DNA of 64,000 bases from Candidatus Roizmanbacteria bacterium. GTDB lineage: Bacteria > Patescibacteriota > Microgenomatia > UBA1406 > GWC2-37-13. The stretch spans positions 6,890 through 70,889 of the forward strand of contig JAAZNM010000002.1 in assembly GCA_012798265.1 (NCBI GenBank). The letters run 5' to 3'. A program made the translations under genes and the position numbers. The notes below the pieces were generated by a model that was given only the letters and a program-made list of their open reading frames with translations, ran no database searches and was not told where the DNA came from. Below are positions 1 through 8,861 of this stretch, in pieces; position 1 is the first letter of the stretch, and the number at the start of each line of letters is the position of its first letter.

Positions 1-127
1 TGTATTTGACGTAAATGTTATTTATCAAAAACTGGCTTAAAAAAAGGGCCACAAGGATCACGAAGATAATTTTGACTGCTTGACTCTTTTTCCAATCCAT
101 GAATTTGATTTTAACAGAAATTTCATT

Positions 128-781
128 TCAGCTACAGTCGCATTCGTCTCCGCATTTACAGCTTTTTATCGACTCAAATCTATTCCCTACCAAAGACCAG
201 TTGAGATTGTCGAAAAAAGCTCCTATATAACCTCCCCTGTCTGTCCCATAGTCGATAAAATAAGCATGCTCATAAGTATCCATGGCAATTATCGGAACCA
301 CATCCCAAACAAGGTAGGTATTTTGGCTATCTCCTATGTGGTTAAAAAGCCTTTTTTCCCGGATGTTCCAACCGGTCCAGACCCAACCGCGGGCGGACAG
401 ACCGCTTGCCCTAAGGTCTTTTTTATAGTTCTCGAATGAACCGAAGTCGATATCGATCTGTTTTAGCAGGGTACCGGTCGGTACCCTGCCGCTCGTCGTC
501 CCCTCATCGTATCCCAACTGAGAAAAGTAAAGTTCGTGGTTGACCACACCTCCATAGGCAAAGCTTGATTCGATCTTGAGTTCCCTTATTTTCGAATATA
601 CCTGATTACCCTTACTGAAATCTTCATCCTCCAACTTTACAATCTTTTCATTGATCTCATTATATTTGTTCACATAACCCTGATAAAGCTTCAGGTGCTC
701 TTCAACGGTTTTTTTGGAAATCCCGTTAAGATTAAAAAGACTGTTTGAGAATTGTTTGGGAGTTATCTTTTTGAAGTTCAT
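128..781 (-). CDS. Fe/Mn-type superoxide dismutase with Cys-rich C-terminal tail
   Basis: 217-aa ORF. It has the SOD blocks GGVVNHELYF and DTYEHAYFIDYG (His/Asp/His metal ligands) and EEH...YQGYV near the N-terminus. It ends with an extra tail, SCKCGDECDCS. Confidence 0.85.
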   Translation of the reverse strand: MNFKKITPKQFSNSLFNLNGISKKTVEEHLKLYQGYVNKYNEINEKIVKLEDEDFSKGNQVYSKIRELKIESSFAYGGVVNHELYFSQLGYDEGTTSGRVPTGTLLKQIDIDFGSFENYKKDLRASGLSARGWVWTGWNIREKRLFNHIGDSQNTYLVWDVVPIIAMDTYEHAYFIDYGTDRGGYIGAFFDNLNWSLVGNRFESIKSCKCGDECDCS

Positions 782-884
782 AATGTTTTGATTAAATTTT
801 AACTATTACAAAACTGGTAATAGTTACATATTAATTATAATTATTTATTTTGTCAATAACATTTGGGGTGCATTCTCTAAAATG

Positions 885-898
885 GCGACGATCGTCGC
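885..898. terminator. Short palindrome GCGACGATCGTCGC flanked by AAAA / TTTTT; possible weak bidirectional terminator downstream of trmD
   Basis: 5-bp GC stem with a GATC loop. An A-run lies 5' and GTTTTT lies 3' in the 174-nt gap between two minus-strand genes. Confidence 0.3.
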
Positions 899-955
899 GT
901 TTTTGGGGAATGCTTGAAGGACTTTATAGACTTACTGAGCTTGCCGCTTGGCAAA

Positions 956-1759
956 CTACCCGATCAGATCGGGGCGTCTTTTGAGTGTTTCCTCCCATGA
1001 TTTTTTTATCTGCCACTTTTCTATTTCTTTCGGGTTACCCGACAATAATACCTTCGGGACAGATCTGTCCAGGTATTTCTCCGGTCTGGTATACTGCGGA
1101 TATTCGAGTAACCGAATTTTTTGGCAGCCTTTTTCCTTAAGGCTGGTCAAAATATCGTTATTCCCTATCGCGTTTGCAACAAGGTCTATATCGACTTCGG
1201 AAAAACTTTCTTTTTCGGTTGCGGCCGTTTTTTTCAAAACGCCGGGAAGAAGCCTGACAACGCTGTCACATATGCTTGAAGCAAGAATCTCACCGCCGGT
1301 CATGATGAAATCGCCCATAGATACCTCTTCATCGACCAGCTCAACCACTCGCTCGTCAACTCCCTCATAATGTCCGGCGATGATTATCAAATCATCCAAC
1401 TTTGAATACTCTATCGCCTTTTTCTGATTAAATACCTTCCCTCTTGCCGAAGTAAGAACAATTTTAGATTTTGAGTTTTGAATTTTTCTTGTGGTTTGTT
1501 TACCCTGAGTGAAATCGAAGGGTGATTTGTGATTTGTGATTTTTTTTATAGCCTTGTCTATTACATCGACCCTCAACACCATTCCTGCCCCGCCTCCATA
1601 TGGCCGATCGTCAACCGTACCGTAATCGTCAATGGCAAAATCACGCAGATTGACAAGCGATAATTCTACCAATCCTTTTTCTCCGGCTTTCTTGACTATG
1701 CTTTCATCAAAAAAACCCGAGATCATCTTGGGAAACAAGGTTATGACTGTAATTTTCAT
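956..1759 (-). CDS. trmD: tRNA (guanine37-N1)-methyltransferase TrmD
   Basis: MKITVITLFP..., DDRPYGGGAGMVL, GHYEGVDERV and MGDFIMTGGE match the TrmD family. It carries about 20 extra residues (ITNHKSPFDFTQGKQTTRKIQNSK) relative to E. coli TrmD. Confidence 0.93.
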   Translation of the reverse strand: MKITVITLFPKMISGFFDESIVKKAGEKGLVELSLVNLRDFAIDDYGTVDDRPYGGGAGMVLRVDVIDKAIKKITNHKSPFDFTQGKQTTRKIQNSKSKIVLTSARGKVFNQKKAIEYSKLDDLIIIAGHYEGVDERVVELVDEEVSMGDFIMTGGEILASSICDSVVRLLPGVLKKTAATEKESFSEVDIDLVANAIGNNDILTSLKEKGCQKIRLLEYPQYTRPEKYLDRSVPKVLLSGNPKEIEKWQIKKSWEETLKRRPDLIG

Positions 1760-1782
1760 ATATAGTATTATATTATTAACCT

Positions 1783-2730
1783 ATGGATAAATTAGACAGA
1801 TTTTTTAAAAACGTATACCGAAGCCTTTTCGACCTGAAGTTTTATCAAAAAATATTGACCGCTCCTTTTTCTTTTTCGTTAAAATATCTTGCTTTTCTTT
1901 TTTTTGTTATTTCTCTGCTCAATGTCTTACTGTTTATCCCCAATCTTATCAGCCTTCGGGCAAAAACACCGGATTTTACAAAAAAAATAAAATCGGCCGC
2001 CATGAATTTCTATCCCGATAGCCTGACTTTCAATATAAAAAACGGCGTGTTTTCCACCAACGTTAAGCAACCATACGCGATTCCATTACCTAAAGAGTTT
2101 GCTTCCGGTGCAAAAACGGAAAAAAACTTTATCGTTATTGATACCGAAGCCGGACCCGATGACATCAAAAAATACCAAACAGATATTTTGGTAACCAAAT
2201 ACATGGTCGCCTATCGAAACGACAACGGCTACAAAATGCAGTTCTTTGATGACTTCAAACAGGATATTTCGGTCGACAAGGATATTTATCTTAAAACGGT
2301 CAGGTCGTTATCGCCCTATCTTGATCAAGGGCAAAAAATCGTCACCGGATTAATAATTCTGTTTATTCTGACGGCGCCGTTGCTGGCAGCTTTTTTTTCT
2401 TTGGCCGCCAAAATGTTTTATCTCCTTTTCGTAAGTCTCGTCCCGTCTTTGATCGGTCGAATCTTCAACAAAAACATAAATTATAAAAAAGCCTACCAGT
2501 TGGGGATGCACACAACCACCGTGACCGTTCTTATCAGTTTTATAGCCGGATTGTTTAATAGGCTTAATATCGCTTTCGGACAAAACCAAATCATAAATTT
2601 TGTCAGCGACTTTTTTTTGTCAGTAAGAGAAGCCAATACCTGGATTTTTTTAATATTGACCACCTTTATCATATTCAAAATAAACGATAAACCCGCAACA
2701 GCGAAGATTAAAAGAAAAAACAGCCGTTGA
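1783..2730 (+). CDS. Polytopic membrane protein (DUF1189-like, family call from memory)
   Basis: 315-aa ORF with several hydrophobic helices and the N-terminus FFKNVYRSLFDLKFYQKIL. Confidence 0.55.
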   Translation: MDKLDRFFKNVYRSLFDLKFYQKILTAPFSFSLKYLAFLFFVISLLNVLLFIPNLISLRAKTPDFTKKIKSAAMNFYPDSLTFNIKNGVFSTNVKQPYAIPLPKEFASGAKTEKNFIVIDTEAGPDDIKKYQTDILVTKYMVAYRNDNGYKMQFFDDFKQDISVDKDIYLKTVRSLSPYLDQGQKIVTGLIILFILTAPLLAAFFSLAAKMFYLLFVSLVPSLIGRIFNKNINYKKAYQLGMHTTTVTVLISFIAGLFNRLNIAFGQNQIINFVSDFFLSVREANTWIFLILTTFIIFKINDKPATAKIKRKNSR

Positions 2731-2969
2731 TGATAAAAAATATCGTCCTGAAATCGATACGTTTTTACCAGAAAACTTCATTTTTCCATACCGCCGTTGC
2801 CAAACAGTTTTTTCTTACCGATCAGGTCTGCCGTTTTCAACCGACCTGCGCCGAATACACTTATCAGGCGGTCGAGAAATACGGTACCGGACGCGGCCTG
2901 TATCTTGGTCTCAAAAGAATAATCCGTTGTCACCCATGGAACAAAGGCGGCTACGACCCTCTCCGTTAA
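2730..2969 (+). CDS. yidD: Membrane protein insertion efficiency factor YidD
   Basis: CRFQPTCAEYTYQAVEKYG...RIIRCHPW signature. The ATG at 2730 overlaps the upstream stop (TGATG). Confidence 0.88.
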   Translation: MIKNIVLKSIRFYQKTSFFHTAVAKQFFLTDQVCRFQPTCAEYTYQAVEKYGTGRGLYLGLKRIIRCHPWNKGGYDPLR

Positions 2970-3035
2970 TATTGACTTTTTTATTTTTAGTTTTATAATA
3001 TAATTAGCAGACTAAGTTATTAATTGCTAACCATT

Positions 3036-5177
3036 ATGCAGATCAACTATCAAGCTCCTGAAGAAGAAAAAGACGTTTTAAGCAAATACACCATCAATTT
3101 GACGCAAAAAGCCAGAGAGGGAAAGCTCGATCCGGTTATCGGCCGCGACGAAGAAATAAGACGGGTAATCCAGATTCTATCGCGGCGGACAAAAAACAAT
3201 CCGGCGCTTCTCGGTGATCCCGGCGTCGGGAAAACCGCAATCGTAGAAGGATTATCCCAAAGGATGGTAAACGGCGATGTCCCGGACACATTAAAAAACA
3301 AGCAGCTGCTTACATTGGATCTGACCGGGATTTTGGCCGGAGCCGCTTTCCGCGGCGAGTTTGAACAACGCTTAAAAAAAATTCTTGAGGAAGTTGAAAA
3401 AGGTCAAGGTAAGTACGTCTTATTCATAGACGAACTCCATACTCTTGTCGGAGCTGGTGGAGCCGAAGGAGCCGTTGATGCCGGTAATATTCTCAAACCT
3501 TCACTCGCGCGCGGCAGTTTGCACGCGATCGGAGCAACGACTGTCCGTGAATATCGCCAATACGTGGAAAAGGATCCGGCGCTCGAACGTCGTTTTCAGC
3601 CGGTGTATATCGAAGAACCGTCAACCGAAGACTCGCTTGCCATACTGCGCGGGCTTAAGGAAAAATACGAAGTCCATCACGGGATAAAGATCTCTGATAA
3701 TGCTTTGATAGCCGCCGTCAACCTTTCAATAAAATATATTACCGACAGATATCTTCCCGACAAAGCTATCGATCTTGTCGATGAAGCCTCCTCCGCCGCG
3801 AAGATAGAAGTCGAGTCAATGCCGACCGAACTCGACCAGATAAAAAGAAAGATTATCCAATTGGAGATCGAGTTGGCGGCTTTGAAAAAAGAAAAAGGGT
3901 TGGAAACGCGTAAAAAAACGATTGAAGACGAAAAAAAGCAGCTGCAGAAAAAGTTTGACGACAGATCAAAAAAATGGCAAGAACAGAAAAAAATTATCTC
4001 CGAGCTGCAAAAATATCGATTGGAACTTGACGTTCTCAAAGCCAACCTGGAAAAAGCCGAACGCGAAGTCCTTCTTGACAGGGCGGCCGAACTTAAATAC
4101 GGGAAGATTCCCGAAATAGAGAAAAAATTAAAGGAAGTAAACAAAAAATGGCAGACTATACCGGCTGATGCACGCTTTTTAAGGGAACAGGTCAACGAAG
4201 AAGATATCGCCAAGGTCGTTAGCCGCTGGACCAACATACCGGTCACCAGACTCCTGACCACCGAGACGGAAAAACTGATCAACCTGGAAAAAGAGCTTGG
4301 GGAGAAAGTCGTCGGACAAGATCAAGCGCTTACCAAAATCTCCAAAGCCGTAAGAAGATCGCGATCAGGACTTGGTGATCCCGACAGACCGATCGGAACG
4401 TTTTTATTTTTAGGGCCGACCGGAGTCGGAAAGACCGAAACGGCCAAAGCCCTGGCCTACTCGCTTTTTAACGACGAAAAAGCCATTATCAGAATCGATA
4501 TGAGTGAGTATCAGGAAGCTCATACGATCGCTCGCCTTATCGGCGCTCCGCCCGGTTACGTCGGTTACGAAGAAGGAGGACAACTGACCGAGGCAGTCAG
4601 AAGAAAACCTTATTCGATTATCCTGTTGGACGAGATCGAAAAAGCTCATCCCCAAATCTACAATGCGTTCCTCCAGATCTTCGACGACGGCCGCCTCACC
4701 GACGGCAAGGGTCGAACCGTTAATTTCAGAAACACCATTATTATAATGACCTCCAATCTCGGCAGTGAACTTTATCGGGAAACCATAGCCGAAAAAACGA
4801 GGGAAAACAAGATCTATGATCTTTTGAAAAAATTCTTTAAACCCGAATTCATCAACCGTCTTGACTCAATGGTTTTTTTCAATCCTCTGACAAAAACCAT
4901 GTCGGAAAAAATTATCGATATTCAAATAGGTATTTTTAGCCGGACTCTAAAAAAACAGGGACTTGATTTCGAAATCACTCCGGCTTTAAAAAAATACCTG
5001 CTTGTTGCCGGCTTCGACGAGACTTATGGAGCCAGACCGCTGAAAAGAACCATAAACGAACTGATCGTCGACGAAATCGCTTTACAGATAATTGAAGGAA
5101 AAATCAAACCGGCCAACAAAGTGATTGCCGATTATAAACAGGGAAAAACGGTTTTCGAGATAAAAAAGCCAAACTGA
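3036..5177 (+). CDS. clpB: ATP-dependent chaperone ClpB lacking the N-terminal Clp_N domain
   Basis: Two AAA+ modules (GDPGVGKT, GPTGVGKT) flank a long coiled-coil M-domain, and GARPLKR is present. The ORF starts directly at ...YTINLTQKAREGKLDPVIGRDEEIRR. ATG 3036 is preferred over TTG 3024. Confidence 0.93.
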   Translation: MQINYQAPEEEKDVLSKYTINLTQKAREGKLDPVIGRDEEIRRVIQILSRRTKNNPALLGDPGVGKTAIVEGLSQRMVNGDVPDTLKNKQLLTLDLTGILAGAAFRGEFEQRLKKILEEVEKGQGKYVLFIDELHTLVGAGGAEGAVDAGNILKPSLARGSLHAIGATTVREYRQYVEKDPALERRFQPVYIEEPSTEDSLAILRGLKEKYEVHHGIKISDNALIAAVNLSIKYITDRYLPDKAIDLVDEASSAAKIEVESMPTELDQIKRKIIQLEIELAALKKEKGLETRKKTIEDEKKQLQKKFDDRSKKWQEQKKIISELQKYRLELDVLKANLEKAEREVLLDRAAELKYGKIPEIEKKLKEVNKKWQTIPADARFLREQVNEEDIAKVVSRWTNIPVTRLLTTETEKLINLEKELGEKVVGQDQALTKISKAVRRSRSGLGDPDRPIGTFLFLGPTGVGKTETAKALAYSLFNDEKAIIRIDMSEYQEAHTIARLIGAPPGYVGYEEGGQLTEAVRRKPYSIILLDEIEKAHPQIYNAFLQIFDDGRLTDGKGRTVNFRNTIIIMTSNLGSELYRETIAEKTRENKIYDLLKKFFKPEFINRLDSMVFFNPLTKTMSEKIIDIQIGIFSRTLKKQGLDFEITPALKKYLLVAGFDETYGARPLKRTINELIVDEIALQIIEGKIKPANKVIADYKQGKTVFEIKKPN

Positions 5178-5561
5178 TCAAACTCCGTTTACAAGATGCT
5201 GAATCCGCAGCAGTTCCTCTTTTTTTAACGCAAGCTCCCCAGGCAAAATCTGCCTTTCCCCATAATGGCGGGGCATGATATGGACATGGGCATGACTGAC
5301 ATCCATACCGTACGTCACATAAGAAATGAAGTCGGGTTTCATATTTTTTTGGATCTTTTTTGTCACCTTCAGAACCGCCTCCCAATACCTTTTGAAGTCG
5401 TCGACTTCATACACCCAACGATAATGTTTTTTCGGAATAACCAAAGTTTGCCCCTTAACCCGTGGAAAAATATCCAAAAATGCCATAAAACGGTCATCTT
5501 CAAAAACCTTATAACAAGGACTTGTACCCTTGACTATCTCGCAAAAAATGCAACGCTCCAT
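5178..5561 (-). CDS. HIT (histidine triad) family protein
   Basis: 127 aa with N-terminus CIFCEIVKG and the histidine triad HAHVHIMPR. Confidence 0.88.
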   Translation of the reverse strand: MERCIFCEIVKGTSPCYKVFEDDRFMAFLDIFPRVKGQTLVIPKKHYRWVYEVDDFKRYWEAVLKVTKKIQKNMKPDFISYVTYGMDVSHAHVHIMPRHYGERQILPGELALKKEELLRIQHLVNGV

Positions 5562-5603
5562 ATTTGTTAAAATTATTATATTACTAATTTATCGGTTATA
5601 AAC

Positions 5604-6860
5604 ATGAACAATCTACAAAATATTGACGAAAGAATCTATCGGTATGTTTTTTCCGGCGACAACGATGTTAAAAAAAATTTGGCGTGTGAAATAAAGGAAG
5701 AGGGAGCGTCAAAAGGAATAAAGCTTGCCTCGATCCACAATCTCTATATGGCTTTCGGAAACAAAGAGGTTTCCGGATTCACCGTTCCGGCCTTTAATAT
5801 CCGTACTATGACATACGATACGGCCAGAATTATTTTTTCCGTCGCCAAGGAAAACAATATCGGCCCCTTTATATTTGAGATCGCCCGTTCGGAGATGAAC
5901 TACACCCGACAAGACCCCGAAGAATACGTAACCGCAATCATCGCCGCGGCCATAAAAGAAAATTATCAGGGACCGGTGTTTATCCAAGGCGATCACTTCC
6001 AGTTCAAAAATTCCGTCTTTAAGACCGACCCGCAGACCGAAATAAACAACATAAAAGATCTTATAAACCGGTCGATCGAAGCCGGATTTTACAATATCGA
6101 TATCGACGCCTCGACCCTGGTTGACCTGACTAAAACCGATCTTGACGAACAGCAAAAAAACAACTATCGGATGACGGCTTTGATAACCAAACATATCCGG
6201 TCCATCGAACCGAAAGGTATAACCGTATCTGTCGGCGGCGAGATCGGCCACATAGGCGGAAAAAACAGTACCGTCGGTGATTTTGAGGCTTTTATGGAAG
6301 GATACCTTAAAGAAATTGCAAATCACAAATTGCAAATCACAAAAGGAATCAGTAAGGTAAGCGTTCAAACGGGTACCAGTCATGGAGGAGTCCCTCTGCC
6401 TGACGGAACGATCGCCAAAGTCAACCTTGACTTTGAGGTACTCCAGACGGTCACCAAAGTCGCCCGGGAAAAGTACCGGATAGGAGGATCGGTACAACAC
6501 GGCGCCTCCACTCTACCCAATGAACTGTTTTATCGGTTTCCGGAAAAAAACACCCTGGAAATTCATCTGGCCACCGGATTTCAAAATATCGTCTATCAGT
6601 ATATGCCGAAAAAACTCAGGGAAGAGATCTATCAGTGGATAAAAAACAATCTGAAAAACGAATGGAAAACCGAACTTAACGAAGAACAGTTCATCTATAA
6701 AACCAGGAAAAAAGCCCTTGGAGTGTTTAAAGAAAAAATCTGGAAGATGACTGACGATGAAAAAAAACCGATTAGGGAAAACCTAAAGAAACAGTTTACT
6801 TTTCTTTTTGAAAAATTGGGTGTTTTTAACACCAAAACCGTTATTAGTCGGTATCTATAA
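5604..6860 (+). CDS. fba: Class II fructose/ketose-bisphosphate aldolase (long form)
   Basis: Blocks VPAFNI, IQGDHFQ, YNIDIDAS, GGEIGHIGG and VQTGTSHGG. Confidence 0.8.
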   Translation: MNNLQNIDERIYRYVFSGDNDVKKNLACEIKEEGASKGIKLASIHNLYMAFGNKEVSGFTVPAFNIRTMTYDTARIIFSVAKENNIGPFIFEIARSEMNYTRQDPEEYVTAIIAAAIKENYQGPVFIQGDHFQFKNSVFKTDPQTEINNIKDLINRSIEAGFYNIDIDASTLVDLTKTDLDEQQKNNYRMTALITKHIRSIEPKGITVSVGGEIGHIGGKNSTVGDFEAFMEGYLKEIANHKLQITKGISKVSVQTGTSHGGVPLPDGTIAKVNLDFEVLQTVTKVAREKYRIGGSVQHGASTLPNELFYRFPEKNTLEIHLATGFQNIVYQYMPKKLREEIYQWIKNNLKNEWKTELNEEQFIYKTRKKALGVFKEKIWKMTDDEKKPIRENLKKQFTFLFEKLGVFNTKTVISRYL

Positions 6861-6864
6861 TATT

Positions 6865-7812
6865 ATGGACAGAAACCTTGCTTTGGAGTTTATTCGGGTG
6901 ACCGAGGCGGCGGCCATCGCCGCCTCCCAGTGGATAGGCCGCGGCGACAAGCATGCGGCCGACCAAGCGGCCGTCAATCAGATGCGGGCCCGTTTCAACC
7001 AGATTGATTTTTCCGGTCGGGTCGTCATCGGCGAAGGCAGTAAAGACAAAGCCCCCCAGCTTTACACCGGAGAAAAGGTCGGTATGGGAAAAACGCCGGT
7101 TATGGATCTGGCCGTCGACCCGCTTGAGGCGACCGACAGTGTAGCTTATGGCCGTTATAACGCAATATCAGTCATTGTCGCCGGAGCCAAAGGTTCACTT
7201 CTTCATGCGCCCGATACCTATATGGAAAAGATTGCTGTCGGCCCGAAAGCCGCCGACGCCATAGATATCGACGATCCCGTCGAAGTCAATATTAGTAAGG
7301 TAGCCAAAAAAATAGGCAAAGACGTTAGGGAGATAACCGTGATTGTCCTTGACCGACCCAGGCATAAAACGCTCATCGATAAAATCAGAAAGATCGGCAG
7401 TCGGGTAAGATTGATTACCGACGGCGATGTGGCGGCGGCCATTGCCACCTGTCTTCCGGAAAGCGGAATAGACTTACTCATGGGGATAGGCGGCAGCACT
7501 GAGGCGGTTCTCGCCGCCGCTCCGGTTAAAATTTTTGGCGGCCAACTATTCTGTCGGTTCAAACCGCAGTCGCCCGAACATATCGATGAAATAAAACGGA
7601 GCGGAGTAAAAGACGTAAATAAAATATTTTCCGCCGACGACCTTGCTAAAGGAGACCAGTTGACCTTTACGGCCACCGGAGTCATCGACGGACCGCTTCT
7701 GCCGGGAGTCGTTATTGATAAAAACAAAATCATAACCCACTCTCTTGTGATAAGGGCCAGTTCAAAAACAGTCAGATATATCACTACCCACCACCATTAT
7801 CAGGCTGTATAA
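6865..7812 (+). CDS. glpX: Class II fructose-1,6-bisphosphatase GlpX
   Basis: MDRNLALEFIRVTEAAAIAASQWIGRGDKHAADQAAV... is a typical GlpX N-terminus. The start was moved from 6808 to ATG 6865, just after the fba stop. Confidence 0.88.
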   Translation: MDRNLALEFIRVTEAAAIAASQWIGRGDKHAADQAAVNQMRARFNQIDFSGRVVIGEGSKDKAPQLYTGEKVGMGKTPVMDLAVDPLEATDSVAYGRYNAISVIVAGAKGSLLHAPDTYMEKIAVGPKAADAIDIDDPVEVNISKVAKKIGKDVREITVIVLDRPRHKTLIDKIRKIGSRVRLITDGDVAAAIATCLPESGIDLLMGIGGSTEAVLAAAPVKIFGGQLFCRFKPQSPEHIDEIKRSGVKDVNKIFSADDLAKGDQLTFTATGVIDGPLLPGVVIDKNKIITHSLVIRASSKTVRYITTHHHYQAV

Positions 7813-7842
7813 TAAAAATTAATTAACAGTTTGTTAACCAAT

Positions 7843-8856
7843 ATGAAAAGATTGCGAGTCGGTTTGAATGGTTTCGGTAGAATCGGACGTGCTTTTACCC
7901 GAATAGCTTTTGAAAGAAACAGTTTTGATATAGTTTTGATAAATACCCGTAAAACGTTACCGCCGATGCTTGCCTATTTACTTCAATATGATTCCGTTTA
8001 CCGCCGTTTTTCCAAAAAAGTTGAAGCTAAACCAGACGGCATCAATGTTGACGGTTATAAAATCACCGCCAACCAGACCGATTCCCTCGAAAACATCCCT
8101 TGGGACAGATACGAAGTCGATATCGTCGTTGATGCGACCGGTGCGTTCACAAAAAAACCGGATCTGAAAAAACACATAAAAGGATCGGCGAAGAAAGTCA
8201 TCCTTACCGCTCCCGCCAAGGATGAAGAAATCCCCTATGTTGTCTTAGGGGTGAACGACAAGGATTTCGATTTCTCCGCAAACGAAGTCATATCGATGGC
8301 GTCATGCACTACCAACTGTGCCGCTCCGATGTTTAAGGTAATAGACGACAATTTCAAGCTCGTATCCGGATTTTTGACAACCGCCCATGCTTATACGGCT
8401 ACCCAAAGTTTACTTGATGACGCCGGCAAAAATGTCGAGAGATCTCGGGCTGCCGGTCTAAATATAATTCCGTCAACTACCGGCGCCGCCAAAGCCGTCT
8501 ACAAAGTATTGCCTCAGCTTAAAGGCAAGATAGACGGAATGGCCATCCGAGTACCGGTACCGACGGTGTCGTTTACCGACGTCTCCGCCGTCGTTGAAAA
8601 ACCGGTTACGGTTGAGTCGGTTAACGAGGCCTTTCAAAAACAAGCCGATGGCCAAATGAAGAATTTTTTGTCGTTTGAAAAAGAGACTATGGTGTCTTCC
8701 GATTTTATCGGATCACCATACTCATGTGTATTCGACGCCAACTACACTAAGGTAATCGGAGGTAATCTGGTGAAGATCTTCGGATGGTATGACAACGAGT
8801 GGGGCTACTCAACCAGATTAGTCGACCTGGTTGAAAAAATAGGCGGTATTTTTTAA
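7843..8856 (+). CDS. gap: Glyceraldehyde-3-phosphate dehydrogenase
   Basis: NGFGRIGR, catalytic ASCTTNCAAP and WYDNEWGYS. ATG 7843 is preferred over TTG 7831. Confidence 0.93.
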   Translation: MKRLRVGLNGFGRIGRAFTRIAFERNSFDIVLINTRKTLPPMLAYLLQYDSVYRRFSKKVEAKPDGINVDGYKITANQTDSLENIPWDRYEVDIVVDATGAFTKKPDLKKHIKGSAKKVILTAPAKDEEIPYVVLGVNDKDFDFSANEVISMASCTTNCAAPMFKVIDDNFKLVSGFLTTAHAYTATQSLLDDAGKNVERSRAAGLNIIPSTTGAAKAVYKVLPQLKGKIDGMAIRVPVPTVSFTDVSAVVEKPVTVESVNEAFQKQADGQMKNFLSFEKETMVSSDFIGSPYSCVFDANYTKVIGGNLVKIFGWYDNEWGYSTRLVDLVEKIGGIF

Positions 8857-8861
8857 GAGCT

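Noticed and set aside
80-439. 119-aa plus-strand ORF at the window start
   Set aside because: It is entirely antisense to the well-supported SOD gene and has no motif. It is a shadow ORF.
3677-4282. 201-aa minus-strand ORF rich in Ser/Phe
   Set aside because: It is antisense to the ClpB coiled-coil region. The low-complexity composition is typical of a reverse-frame artefact.
5709-6500. 263-aa minus-strand ORF
   Set aside because: It is antisense to the class II aldolase gene, which has clear catalytic motifs.
7218-7784. 188-aa minus-strand ORF
   Set aside because: It is antisense to glpX. It shows no independent signals.
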